A stretch of 64,000 nucleotides of DNA from Candidatus Bathyarchaeia archaeon (GTDB taxonomy: Archaea; Thermoproteota; Bathyarchaeia; Bathyarchaeales; Bathycorpusculaceae), in contig JBEKVK010000001.1 in assembly GCA_049514075.1 (NCBI GenBank), positions 55,297 to 119,296 on the forward strand, given 5' to 3'. Under the pieces are notes generated by a model. That model did no database searches. It saw only the letters and a program-made list of their open reading frames with translations, and was not told where the DNA came from. Positions within the stretch are counted from its first letter, which is position 1, and each line of letters opens with the position of its first letter. Both the position numbers and the translations under genes were made by a program. Shown piece by piece: positions 10,501 to 20,311 of the stretch.

Positions 10501-11150
10501 ACGAATTTTCGTTTTTTCAGTTCCTCAATCATGTTATCAACAACTGGTTCTGGCGGCTGATCAAGATTAGTGGTTTTGGAGATTACAAAGGGCACTTTCT
10601 TCTTCTCAAAGTACTCCAGCAGAGGCTTTGCCTGCTCCTTGTAGACTTGAAGCCTTTTCTTTATGACTTCAGGATTGTCGTCTGAACGTTGATACAGTGA
10701 GCCGTCGCATTTGTCGCAGACTGCTTCAATCTTCGGCTTGAGGAAGCGAGTGTTGTAGACGGTTCCGCAATTGCGGCATATCCTGCGACTAGAGAGGCGT
10801 TCTATGATTATCCAGTCGGGAACGTCAAGCATCAGAATAACGTCAATTTTGGTTACGGCTTCTAAGGCTTTAGCTTGTTCAAATGTGCGTGGGTACCCAT
10901 CCAGAATGAAGCCTTTTCCTTTTGGAATCTGGCTTAAACGTTCTTTTAGCACCTCTGTCACTATTTCATCCGGAACCAAAAGCCCTTTTTCCATGTAAGC
11001 CTTAACTTTCCTGCCCAGTTCCGTGTCTTTCTTGATTAATTCGCGGAAAATGTCGCCTGTCGCGATTGTTTCAATGCCAAGTTTTTCATGGAGCCTACTT
11101 GCATAGGTGCCTTTTCCTGCGCCTGGCGGCCCAAACATAACAGCATTCAA
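10497..11150 (-). CDS. adk: adenylate kinase (bacterial type, with Zn lid)
   Basis: GPPGAGKGT P-loop, LDGYPR, CxxC...CxxC lid and QRSDD. Confidence 0.92.
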   Translation of the reverse strand: MNAVMFGPPGAGKGTYASRLHEKLGIETIATGDIFRELIKKDTELGRKVKAYMEKGLLVPDEIVTEVLKERLSQIPKGKGFILDGYPRTFEQAKALEAVTKIDVILMLDVPDWIIIERLSSRRICRNCGTVYNTRFLKPKIEAVCDKCDGSLYQRSDDNPEVIKKRLQVYKEQAKPLLEYFEKKKVPFVISKTTNLDQPPEPVVDNMIEELKKRKFV

Positions 11151-11268
11151 TATTCTCTTTGCCCCTCAGTTAGACTCTTGCATAAAGAGCATTCGTGTAA
11201 TAAGTTTTTTGGGTTCTAGCTTTTACAGAAAAGTTTATGCTAACACGGGCGACTAACAAACGGTCAAG

Positions 11269-12186
11269 GTGAGGATAATGGACACTAGAATGATTGGGAA
11301 AAACCTGTACCAAATTGACTTAGAGACTGGCGGATTCAAAAACCTCATATGTAGCTATGTTTTCAAAGGCACAAAAGTCACCCTTATCGAGTCAGGTCCC
11401 ACCTCTTCAGTGCCCAAGCTTATCGAGGGACTAAAAGACCTAAAAGTGAACTTTGATGACGTTGAATATATCGGGGTCACCCATGTTCACTTGGACCACG
11501 GCGGCGGCGCAGGCACACTGCTAAAAGTTCTTCCAAACGCAAAAGTACTCGTGCATCCAAGAGGAATGCCGCATCTGGCTGACCCAACAAGGCTCTGGAA
11601 ATCGGCTCAGCACGTTTTGGGGTATGTAAGCGAAATCTTCGGCAAGCCAGAACCAGTTCCCAAAGAACGCCTAATACCCGTTTCAGAAGGCTCATTTGAT
11701 TTGGATGGCGATGGCAAACTGGAGGTTTTTGAGACGCTGGGTCATGCTTCACACAGCCTTAGCTTTTTTGAAACTTTAAACGGCGGGGTGTTTCCTGGAG
11801 ATGCCGCAGGCACTTACTTTCCCGAGTTTGATGCTGTAATTCCAACGACGCCTCCGCCTTTCCGGTTAGATGTGGCATTGGCTTCTTTAGACAAACTAAT
11901 CAGCATAAAACCCGTCGTCCTCTACTACAGTCACTTCGGCAAAGCCACTTCTGCCGTTCAACGGCTGCAAGATTACAGAATGCAGCTTCAGCTCTGGGGA
12001 AAAATCGCGGAAGAAGGCGTGAAAAAAAAGCAAAGCTTTGAGCAGATATGTGAAAGTATAGTGCGGGAAGATAAAATTATGAATCGACTTGCCAGCTACC
12101 TAATTGCACACCCAGTTTACTCAGTGACTGCACTCGGGAACACTGTCAGGGGATTTGTCGATTATGCAAAAGCAATTCAAGAATAG
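11269..12186 (+). CDS. MBL-fold metallo-hydrolase
   Basis: THVHLDHGG, GHASH and PGDAAG motifs. Confidence 0.88.
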   Translation: MRIMDTRMIGKNLYQIDLETGGFKNLICSYVFKGTKVTLIESGPTSSVPKLIEGLKDLKVNFDDVEYIGVTHVHLDHGGGAGTLLKVLPNAKVLVHPRGMPHLADPTRLWKSAQHVLGYVSEIFGKPEPVPKERLIPVSEGSFDLDGDGKLEVFETLGHASHSLSFFETLNGGVFPGDAAGTYFPEFDAVIPTTPPPFRLDVALASLDKLISIKPVVLYYSHFGKATSAVQRLQDYRMQLQLWGKIAEEGVKKKQSFEQICESIVREDKIMNRLASYLIAHPVYSVTALGNTVRGFVDYAKAIQE

Positions 12187-12198
12187 CCGACCCTTAAA

Positions 12199-12534
12199 TC
12201 AGGTCAAGCAGTCGCCTGGGAAACTCGTGCAAGGATGAATTTCATAGACGAAAATTCCTGCTTTAACACTCGGGTCCTCTTCCATAATTTTTTTCGTCTC
12301 GTCAATTGACGCATCAAAAATCGCGACGCCTGAAACGTTGCTGTCATCAGAAACCCGGCAAACAATCGGCATGACCCCTTCCCTTCGGAGAACAAAATTC
12401 CTTCGCCCATGTTCCCAAACGATCCCTTTGGCGCCCGCAACGCTGCTGTTTGGTCCTTCTTTCAAAATTACGATACAGTAAGTTTTCGATTTAGTTAGCA
12501 TCTTCTTCATGTACTCGTCAGTTATTTCAGCCAT
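12199..12534 (-). CDS. YciI-like small protein
   Basis: EH...DPSVKAGIFVYEIHP pattern typical of YciI-like proteins. Confidence 0.6.
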   Translation of the reverse strand: MAEITDEYMKKMLTKSKTYCIVILKEGPNSSVAGAKGIVWEHGRRNFVLRREGVMPIVCRVSDDSNVSGVAIFDASIDETKKIMEEDPSVKAGIFVYEIHPCTSFPGDCLT

Positions 12535-12681
12535 CGTTTTGATCCTCGTTGAGCTCAAAGCTAATAATGAATTCTTAATGTTTTAAGTTCTTGCTAGCTC
12601 AAACTCTTATCCACTGATCGATGGTCTTTGGTCACAACTGTTTTATTTGAGCAATGCCCCTTTTGAGTCTGGTGAATAGTT

Positions 12682-14160
12682 TTGGGTGAAAGCGAAAGCA
12701 GGTATGCGCCAGAACAAGTTCCGCTGGAAAAAATAAGCGATTATTCTTGGCGAATTCCAAAATACAAGGCTGGGATGCGTGTTCCCGGTATAGTTTTTGC
12801 CAACGAAACACTTTTGGAGAAAATGAAGACTGACAGAACCCTTTGGCAATGCTCAAACGTCACTTATTTGCCTGGAATCTACAAGCACGCGATAACGCTG
12901 CCTGATGGACATGAAGGCTACGGGTTCCCAATAGGAGGAGTCGCAGCAACAGACTACGAAAACGGAGTCATCAGCCCAGGCGGCGTCGGCTACGACATAA
13001 ACTGTGGCGTACGGCTCTTGGCGACTACGCTCACAGAGGAGGAGATTCGACCTAAACTGGCGCCTTTGGCTGAAGCTATTTTCCGCAATGTGCCTTCCGG
13101 GCTTGGAAGCCGCCGAAAAGACCTTTCAATTTCCAGCAGCGAATTGGATCGTTTAGCGGTTGAAGGGGTTCATTGGCTTATCAAACGGGGCTTCGGGTGG
13201 CCTGAAGATGCAGACCACTGTGAAGAGAGCGGACGAATGCCTAATGCAAACCCCGACAAAGTCTCCCAAACAGCGAAAAGTCGAGGTTTAACGCAGATCG
13301 GCACGTTGGGTTCAGGCAACCACTTTTTAGAAATCCAAAAGGTAGACAAAATTCTCAACCCGAAAACCGCAAAGGCATTCGGAATAACCGAAGAAGGACA
13401 AGTAACTATCATGATTCACTGTGGATCGAGAGGCTACGGACACCAAGTCTGCTCCGACTACCTCAGAGTAATGGAGCATGCGGTAGCAAAATATAAAATC
13501 TCATTGCCAGACCGCGAATTAGCCTGTGCCCCTGGGAGCAGCAGTGAAGCCCAAGACTACGTTCAAGCGATGGCCTGTGGTGTTAACTATGCCTTCTGCA
13601 ACCGCCACGCGATCATGCATTGGGTTCGCCAAAGCTTCCAACAAGTCTTCCATGAAAACCCAGAGAAGTACGGGTTGAAACTTGTTTACGACGTTGCACA
13701 CAATATTGCAAAAGTAGAGACCCACAACATCGACGGTGCTGAAAAGAAGGTTTGGGTTCATCGCAAAGGAGCCACACGCGCTTTCCCAGCAGGGCACCCG
13801 GATGTTCCCGCAGACTACCGTAGCGAAGGGCAACCAGTCCTAATTCCAGGCAGCATGGGAACAAGCTCATGGGTGCTGGTGGGTTCTCAGAAAGCCATGG
13901 ATTTGACGTTTGGGTCAACCGCGCATGGAGCGGGTAGGATGATGAGTCGATCAGCGGCGAAGAGGCAGTATTGGGGCGGAGACATAAAATCCGGTTTGGA
14001 AAAGCGCGGAATAGTAGTTCGCGCAGCAAGCGCCTCAGTTTTAGCTGAAGAAGCCGACCCAGCCTACAAAAACGTGGACATAGTAGCCGGCGTCAGCGAC
14101 AAGGTGGGGATAGCAACGAAAGTGGCACGGCTTGTACCTATCGCGGTGGTTAAAGGGTAA
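12682..14160 (+). CDS. rtcB: RNA-splicing ligase RtcB
   Basis: PDGHEGYGFPIGG, GYDINCG, GSGNHFLE, HRKGAT and STAHGAGR motifs. Confidence 0.96.
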   Translation: MGESESRYAPEQVPLEKISDYSWRIPKYKAGMRVPGIVFANETLLEKMKTDRTLWQCSNVTYLPGIYKHAITLPDGHEGYGFPIGGVAATDYENGVISPGGVGYDINCGVRLLATTLTEEEIRPKLAPLAEAIFRNVPSGLGSRRKDLSISSSELDRLAVEGVHWLIKRGFGWPEDADHCEESGRMPNANPDKVSQTAKSRGLTQIGTLGSGNHFLEIQKVDKILNPKTAKAFGITEEGQVTIMIHCGSRGYGHQVCSDYLRVMEHAVAKYKISLPDRELACAPGSSSEAQDYVQAMACGVNYAFCNRHAIMHWVRQSFQQVFHENPEKYGLKLVYDVAHNIAKVETHNIDGAEKKVWVHRKGATRAFPAGHPDVPADYRSEGQPVLIPGSMGTSSWVLVGSQKAMDLTFGSTAHGAGRMMSRSAAKRQYWGGDIKSGLEKRGIVVRAASASVLAEEADPAYKNVDIVAGVSDKVGIATKVARLVPIAVVKG

Positions 14161-14371
14161 GGCTTTAGCCTGCCAAATTTTTCTTTTTTATTTGTTTCGT
14201 TGGGATGAAGTTAAAAACACCACACGATCGTTTCGCCAGTTGGCTTCAAAAAGAGGCATGGGAAAGCTTTGTCAAGCGTAAACATTGCAGTTGCAACTGA
14301 AAATTAATATGTTTAAGAATCAAGTATTCTTTAAGCGACTTTTCTTTCGCTAAATGAAAGGTTGATTCGTC

Positions 14372-14989
14372 TTGAAGGATGAATGTGGCATCTGCGGCAG
14401 AGTTCTAAGAGTAACTTACATGCGTAAGTGTCAACGCTGCCAGAAACTGTATTGCCGCGACTGCATGGTGCCCGATGTTGCAACGGGCGACCCAACCGCA
14501 ATGCTGTGCCTCCGCTGTGCCAGAAGAATCGTTTCGCCGCGGACCGTCTCCAAGTACGAGGGGCTTGAGCGCCACCTAAAGTTCAGAGCCGCCTTCACGA
14601 GTCAAGTGAAGTTGCCTTTTGCAAGAATCGATGGGTTAATCGGCAGCAACCTACCGATGAGCGCTTACCGAGATGCGGCGTGGTGGAGCAACACACCATC
14701 TAACGCCCACACCAAGGCTTGGTTGAACTCGGGGTGGGAAGTGCAGGAAGTAAACTTCAAAGAAGGCTACGCCACATTCAAAAAAGTTGCTAATATTCCA
14801 TTTAAGAAAACCCGACAGAAAAAACTTGAAATAAACAAGCCGTTCACGCCTGTGCCAGTTCATGTTCCAAGGTCTAAGGTACCTTCTAAAACCAAAGTTT
14901 CCAAGCTATACGCCAGAATCAAAAACATGGAGAGACAGCGAACAGAGCCGCGTCAAATTAGAGGGCTTAAAGGCAGACCTCGACATTAG
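14372..14989 (+). CDS. Zn-finger protein with a DUF7662-like domain
   Basis: four CxxC pairs, then SKY...L...F..I..LP.SA...WWSN...AW..GW. Confidence 0.65.
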   Translation: MKDECGICGRVLRVTYMRKCQRCQKLYCRDCMVPDVATGDPTAMLCLRCARRIVSPRTVSKYEGLERHLKFRAAFTSQVKLPFARIDGLIGSNLPMSAYRDAAWWSNTPSNAHTKAWLNSGWEVQEVNFKEGYATFKKVANIPFKKTRQKKLEINKPFTPVPVHVPRSKVPSKTKVSKLYARIKNMERQRTEPRQIRGLKGRPRH

Positions 14990-15033
14990 ACAAACTTTTT
15001 AGGTTTATAGAAGCAACTTAATTCCCAATCTGA

Positions 15034-15603
15034 ATGGTGCATCGTTTGCTCAGACGTACTTTCAACACAGAAATCGAAAAATCATATGCAGAAATCAAAG
15101 CCTCTTTTGTTTCGAAAGGCTGCAAAATAGTTTCTGAAGATGAACCCAAACACCTCCTAGTTAAGCAAGGGTCGCTTTGGGGAATGTTGCCCGAAACAGC
15201 CAAAAAAACCGTGGACGTCACTTTTGTCCCTGTCAACTCGCATACCCAAGTTACTGCTTCATCTCACATTAGCTCAGATTGGAAAAACATAACCATAATC
15301 GGCTGTGCCCTATCCGCTGTTCTCGCTAGTTTATGTGTGTGGATATCTCTTGATTTAACCGTATTTTTGAAGTCAGGTAAGGTTTCTTTTTGGAGCTGGT
15401 TAGCCTCGGTCAACGGCAACGTGGATGTTTCAGTAGCTCAAACTTTTATCAACCTGACCAAATCACTCGCCATTTTCCTTTCGGTCGTCATAGTTTTGGA
15501 AATCGTAGTAGCCGCCTACGCCTACAGAAAAATCGACAAATTCGCAAAGGAAACCTTAGACGCAGCATCGAAAAATGAAACAACTTCCGATTCTCATACT
15601 TAG
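15034..15603 (+). CDS. hypothetical membrane protein
   Basis: 189-aa ORF with two hydrophobic helices. Confidence 0.65.
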   Translation: MVHRLLRRTFNTEIEKSYAEIKASFVSKGCKIVSEDEPKHLLVKQGSLWGMLPETAKKTVDVTFVPVNSHTQVTASSHISSDWKNITIIGCALSAVLASLCVWISLDLTVFLKSGKVSFWSWLASVNGNVDVSVAQTFINLTKSLAIFLSVVIVLEIVVAAYAYRKIDKFAKETLDAASKNETTSDSHT

Positions 15604-15613
15604 TGAAATGTGT

Positions 15614-16756
15614 TTATGCTTCGACGATTTTTTTTCCGCATGTCTCGCAGTAAACCGCGAATGACTTGTTGGTTGAACCGCAGTAAATGCAAAACTTGCT
15701 TTTAGCCGAGACAGCCTCCTCCGCCTTCGGGATAGTTGGCTCAACAGGAACCATTTGCTGCGGAGTCGTTTTTGCCCCGATTTTTATCGGCTTAACGACC
15801 ATAGCCATAGAGATGCCGATTGCCGCTATAATCAATACGAATAATATGGGGTTGTCTGAAATTAGATTCAGTGAAATGGGTTCAACTGGTTGAATTGTTG
15901 GTCCGGCGACGGTGGGCAAGGGCTGCATGGTTTGGTTTGGAGCAACATCCGGTGTTGCTTGTGGCGTGTTAGGGTTGTAAGGCGAGTATGATGGGTTCGG
16001 GGCGGCGAGCGATAGGGACTGGTAATTCACAATATATTGTTGGGTTGTATCTATCGGGTAGACGTAGGCGCCTACGCCGTCAAATTGTGATGGTAATTGG
16101 CCGACTGTGAATCCTTCGCCGGTTGTTTCGCAGTAATAGTAGTTTTGGTTGTTGTATGTCCAGTAGGTGCCACCAAGGTTGTTTCCTAGCACTCCTACCG
16201 CGAGATGGTCCGGAGGATTAATGTAAACCGCATCAAACCCCAGCATGAGCACTAACGTTGCAAAAAGAATTGAGTGGCTTTTGCAGTCGCCGATGTTGTC
16301 GTACAAGGTTTCAACTGGGAATCTTGGGTAATCTTGATAGCCTGTGCTGTTTAAGTCAGTAGCGTAAGGTATGCTTTGAACAAAGGCTAAGGCAAAGTTG
16401 ACTTCCTGAACAGCGCTGTATCCTTCCTGGACAGCAGTTTCGTTTAGCCTGGTCACTAAGCTTTGCAGGTAAGGATCTTCGGTGGTTGTGAAGTATCCGA
16501 AGCCTGAAAGTTGAATATGTGATCTCACCGAGTCAGGAACCGAAACGTACGCTTGACATAGGCTCATAGGGATTGTAAGGTTCCAAGTCCAAGTTTCTCC
16601 CCCGTAGTTCCAGCTAAAATCGCGACTGTAATATTCGGTTTGCGTTTGAGCGCTAACCGCTGCAAAAGGCTGAATGACTGGGAAAATGAGAAAAAAAGCT
16701 AAAGCAAAAACAATTAAGAGGCTTAGCGGCTTAAGACGAGGCAGGGATCTACTCAT
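15614..16756 (-). CDS. membrane-anchored transglutaminase-like (Cys-His-Glu) protein with a C-terminal zinc ribbon
   Basis: signal peptide, YPRFPVETL..GDC, HLAVG, YCETTG, transmembrane helix, CIYCG...CETCG. Confidence 0.75.
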   Translation of the reverse strand: MSRSLPRLKPLSLLIVFALAFFLIFPVIQPFAAVSAQTQTEYYSRDFSWNYGGETWTWNLTIPMSLCQAYVSVPDSVRSHIQLSGFGYFTTTEDPYLQSLVTRLNETAVQEGYSAVQEVNFALAFVQSIPYATDLNSTGYQDYPRFPVETLYDNIGDCKSHSILFATLVLMLGFDAVYINPPDHLAVGVLGNNLGGTYWTYNNQNYYYCETTGEGFTVGQLPSQFDGVGAYVYPIDTTQQYIVNYQSLSLAAPNPSYSPYNPNTPQATPDVAPNQTMQPLPTVAGPTIQPVEPISLNLISDNPILFVLIIAAIGISMAMVVKPIKIGAKTTPQQMVPVEPTIPKAEEAVSAKSKFCIYCGSTNKSFAVYCETCGKKIVEA

Positions 16757-16819
16757 TCACTTATCAACATCCGTTACATGAACAAGTCAAGCATTTTTAA
16801 AACTATTCCCAAATGACTT

Positions 16820-17272
16820 TCAACTACGAACTGTTGAACGCGTGTACCAAGTTGAAAAGCTGTAGGTACCTAACGCTAAAAGGCAAACAAGGATCAAAAC
16901 CTTCGGAACTGTGAAGGCTTGAAGCATAGACAAAACCAAAAGAGCCACGGGAAGCGGAAGCAACAAGAAATAAACAAATCCCACAAACCCAATTCGGTTC
17001 CCAACGCTTTCTTTTTTTACAAAGCCTCTTCCGAAGAAAGCGCCTGCCAGCCTTCCGAAGCCGCTGGTGCAAGCTTTGCATCTGTAGCAGCTACTGCAGC
17101 CAAGCCTGCGCAAAATGACGTAGATTACGACTGCGTCCAGAATCAGGTAGAGCCAGCTGTAGATTATTGTGAAGAAAAGAACGCCAAAAAACGCGATGAA
17201 AACCCATGCAACAAGCGCAAGATTTCCCAGAACGGATAGTCTGCGAGTGAATTCGAGTTTTTCTTCGCTCAA
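16820..17272 (-). CDS. hypothetical membrane protein with a CxxCxxCxxC motif
   Basis: four hydrophobic segments and CSSCYRCKAC. Confidence 0.65.
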   Translation of the reverse strand: MSEEKLEFTRRLSVLGNLALVAWVFIAFFGVLFFTIIYSWLYLILDAVVIYVILRRLGCSSCYRCKACTSGFGRLAGAFFGRGFVKKESVGNRIGFVGFVYFLLLPLPVALLVLSMLQAFTVPKVLILVCLLALGTYSFSTWYTRSTVRS

Positions 17273-17376
17273 TGGCTTATCCCAATAATTTTAGGTTGAA
17301 TCTCGCTTATTAGCTAGTCTGTTCTTCCACAAATCCACTTTGTGCTAGACTTCGAGTTGTTTAATGCCCAGCAAAG

Positions 17377-17658
17377 CTATTTTTGTTTGATTATTCCGTA
17401 GCTTTGCTTTTTCCAAGCATCCCTGAACTTGTTGTAGTAATCTACCGGCTGAAAAACAGGCGCGTAAACAAGCGGCCACTCGAGTCCGCATTTGCAGCAA
17501 GCATACACTTTCTTATTCTTAAGGTCTGCCAAAATCTGCAACAGTTCTTTCCGGCATTTTGGGCAATAATAAGGTCCATTAACCATTTGCTTCGCGTCTT
17601 TAGTCAGGACTTTAATTCGGCTACTTGGAACTTTACTTGTACCCTTTCCCATACCCAT
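17377..17658 (-). CDS. Elf1-like transcription elongation factor (zinc ribbon)
   Basis: basic N-terminus, YCPKC...CKCG and QPVDYY..F.D, resembling the Elf1 PIDVY..W.D signature. Confidence 0.65.
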   Translation of the reverse strand: MGMGKGTSKVPSSRIKVLTKDAKQMVNGPYYCPKCRKELLQILADLKNKKVYACCKCGLEWPLVYAPVFQPVDYYNKFRDAWKKQSYGIIKQK

Positions 17659-17881
17659 GGTCGCGACCAATCCACTGTACTAACCATCAAACCACAAAGA
17701 TATACTATTCCATCTACGACGGATGGTTCCAACGGGAACAAAGCAACATTTTTCGTTATTTCTGCAGAGAGCCCAGAAAGTGTACGTTTTCCTATTAATC
17801 GACATCGCCATTTTTGACCGACAATATTCTACAGCTTAAGATTACCAAAATCGGTCTTTTACTGATAGTTAAGTTTCTTTT

Positions 17882-18100
17882 CTACACGGCTGGCGAGGGG
17901 AAAAAAGGTTTATGCTTTCTTCTATGGGCTTTCTTTCTTAACCTTTCTGTGGCATGATTTCCCTCGTTGGCTCGAATAAGAATTTGGGCAAAGCCGTTAC
18001 CTCTTATTAATCTGAATCTAAAAGATCGATTCTTAGCTCTTCTCCTAACTTTTTGTACTTGCTTTCTTCTCCAATGTGCATATATTTTTTCTGAACTCAT
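17882..18100 (-). CDS. small, very basic hypothetical protein
   Basis: ATG-started Arg/Lys-rich ORF on the same strand, upstream of the Elf1-like gene; coding status uncertain. Confidence 0.35.
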   Translation of the reverse strand: MSSEKIYAHWRRKQVQKVRRRAKNRSFRFRLIRGNGFAQILIRANEGNHATERLRKKAHRRKHKPFFPSPAV

Positions 18101-18296
18101 TATTTGAGCGCCTAGCAAACAAATAATTTGAATTATCCTTAGTTTTGTTTAATGATTGCTTAAAGATTTTGTCCCTCAATTTGGTCTCAAGTTTGAATAA
18201 GTCAGGGCAATCTTCTGAGTGTTCAAAACCAAACAAAAGATGATGGCAATATCCTTAAATCAAGCACAGATATTGGGAATACAAGCAATATTGAGG

Positions 18297-18375
18297 GCGG
18301 TCGTCGTCTAGTCTGGTTTAGGACATTAGCCTTCCAAGCTAATGATCCCGGGTTCAAATCCCGGCGACCGCACCA
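18297..18375 (+). tRNA. tRNA-Gly(TCC)
   Basis: GCGGTCG/CGACCGC acceptor stem, TTAGC-cTTCCAa-GCTAA anticodon arm, GGTTCAAATCC T-loop, encoded CCA. Confidence 0.96.
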
Positions 18376-18533
18376 AAAACCCATTTCAAATCCACTACAA
18401 GTTTTCTTTTTTCAACTTTGTTCTGAAACGGAATGTGTGTTCGTTTGGCAGTGTGGAAAAGCCAAATTTTTTTTGTTTGTGTTTTGGGTTGCTTTCTTGA
18501 TTTAGGTCTTGCGTCAGTTGCAGGTTGATACTT

Positions 18534-18593
18534 TTTTTGACACAATTTGACATGAATTGACACAAAATGACATGATTTGACACGATTTGACAA
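18534..18593. repeat. six TGACA-core 10-mers in exact 10-bp phase
   Basis: TGACA at 18538, 18548, 18558, 18568, 18578 and 18588. Confidence 0.9.
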
Positions 18594-18613
18594 TCCACAT
18601 AATTAGGAGGTGA

Positions 18614-18866
18614 ATTAATTCGCCGTTCACACGAAAAGTAACCTTTAGAAGCACGCTCCAGAAAGGAGAAAGAGTGCAAATTTCAGCTGCAATCAGATGG
18701 GAATTTAAGCTGGAACCTTTCCAAGTCATACTAGTTGCCTTCAAAATCCCAGACAAGTTCAAAGGGCTGGCAATCATTTTGCGCAATTAACAAAAAGCAT
18801 GTGATTATACCGTTTTGCCAACGTGAAAAAATCGAGACAAGATTACGGAAGGACCATTCAGCTTAG
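18614..18866 (+). pseudogene. degenerate small AbrB-like DNA-binding protein gene
   Basis: GGAGGTGA RBS at 18606, no canonical start, PFTRKVTFRSTLQKGERVQI..IRWEFKLEP, then a frameshift to GWQSF...IP. Confidence 0.5.
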
Positions 18867-19240
18867 CAAAAGCAGGTTTTGTTTCTTCATGTCCTCTGTA
18901 ATTTCTAACCATGTTTTTGGAAAGCAAGGCAGATTTTAAAACAGTTTCTGATCGGCTTAGTGTTGAGGTTGACGACTTTAGCGTTATTTGATGCGGCCCA
19001 AATGGTTCGGATGGACCTTTCAAACCCCAAAACTCTGCTTGCCAACAAACAAGCTCAAATCTTCAACAACACAACCTTTTCCGCGCTCTCCTTTCGCTGG
19101 CGTTCGTCTTCATGATCGCGATGGATTTGCGAGCGATGGTGAAATCAAGAAAATAGGCCCTTTCCGATTCTGAGTCGAATAGGGAGCGAAAAGGTGAAAA
19201 GGAACAGTGAGAATAGAGACAGACAAAGGTGACTTTGAAC

Positions 19241-19432
19241 ATGAGTGAGCAACCACCGAATATGGCTACAGTACAGCTGTGCGGAGAGAAAATGCAGTTT
19301 ATTTTGAATCAAAAGAACTTCAGCACTGGAAGCAAGGGCTTTCACGCAACTGGAAAGATGCAAGTCGGCGAAAAGAGGTACCAGATCAACATTCAACTGG
19401 TAGAGATCGGCTCAAAGCCGAAAGAGAAATAA
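19241..19432 (+). CDS. small conserved-looking hypothetical protein
   Basis: AGGTGA RBS; KNFSTGSKGFHATGK...RYQ motif; T-rich terminator-like tract downstream. Confidence 0.65.
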   Translation: MSEQPPNMATVQLCGEKMQFILNQKNFSTGSKGFHATGKMQVGEKRYQINIQLVEIGSKPKEK

Positions 19433-19521
19433 GAGAAGAAAAAATAATTCTCCAACTTTTTATTTTTAACCAAAAATCCTTTTCAATCTCTGCATGTTTT
19501 TTTGGAAAAAGCATTGAGCGC

Positions 19522-19983
19522 TTAAGGTAAGACCGAAGCGCTAATCATCTTCACGTTTTGTAGAGGCTTATCGTTTGAGTCTGTTTTTACCCCTGCAATT
19601 TTGTCAACCAAATCCATGCCCGATATGACTTTGCCGAACGCTGGATGTTTGAGGTCTAAGAAATTGTTGTTTACCAGGTTGATGAAGAATTGGCTGCTGC
19701 CCGTGTTTGGACCTGCATTTGCCATTGCTATTGTACCTCTGTCGTTGCGGTTGTTGGGAGTGAATTCATCTTTGATGTCAGGTATTGATGGGTCGCCGTA
19801 TCCGGTTCCTGTTGGGTCGCCGCCTTGAATCATGAATCCCTTGATGACTCGATGGAAGATTGTGTTGTTGTATGTTCCTTTTTGAACCAGATTTTTGAAG
19901 TTACTAGTGGTTATTGGCATATCATTTCTGAGTTCTATTGTTATATCGCCCATATTTGTTTGGAGTAAAACTTTTGTTGGCAT
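19522..19983 (-). CDS. cyclophilin-type peptidyl-prolyl isomerase
   Basis: FHRVIKGFMIQGGDP and AMANAGPNTGSSQFFI motifs. Confidence 0.94.
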   Translation of the reverse strand: MPTKVLLQTNMGDITIELRNDMPITTSNFKNLVQKGTYNNTIFHRVIKGFMIQGGDPTGTGYGDPSIPDIKDEFTPNNRNDRGTIAMANAGPNTGSSQFFINLVNNNFLDLKHPAFGKVISGMDLVDKIAGVKTDSNDKPLQNVKMISASVLP

Positions 19984-20311
19984 TATGGGTACTTCCTTGT
20001 TGAGGTAGGTAGATGTTAAGAGCGTTATTATGTTTATTGTCACTCTGCCTTTTCATTGGCTTCGGATATCAGAAAATTTTGAAGCATAATGACAAGGAGC
20101 CGTGACGGAATTCATCTACAAAAAGCGCCAAGCATCAATTCCTGCCAACGGGAAAGGGTCTATTATTTGTGACCAAAACAAACCACAAAATTACGCCCAA
20201 AACATCAGGACCGCAAAGGAAAGCGCCAACTGAAAAGCTTTAAATCCCGTCTGAGGCTTGTTCCTTTAACGTCTCTTGCGGTGATTTTCTGCGCAAAAAC
20301 AATTCAAAATT

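Noticed and set aside
18534-18593. Possible CRISPR array
   Set aside because: 10-bp units with no unique spacers, and no cas genes in the window.
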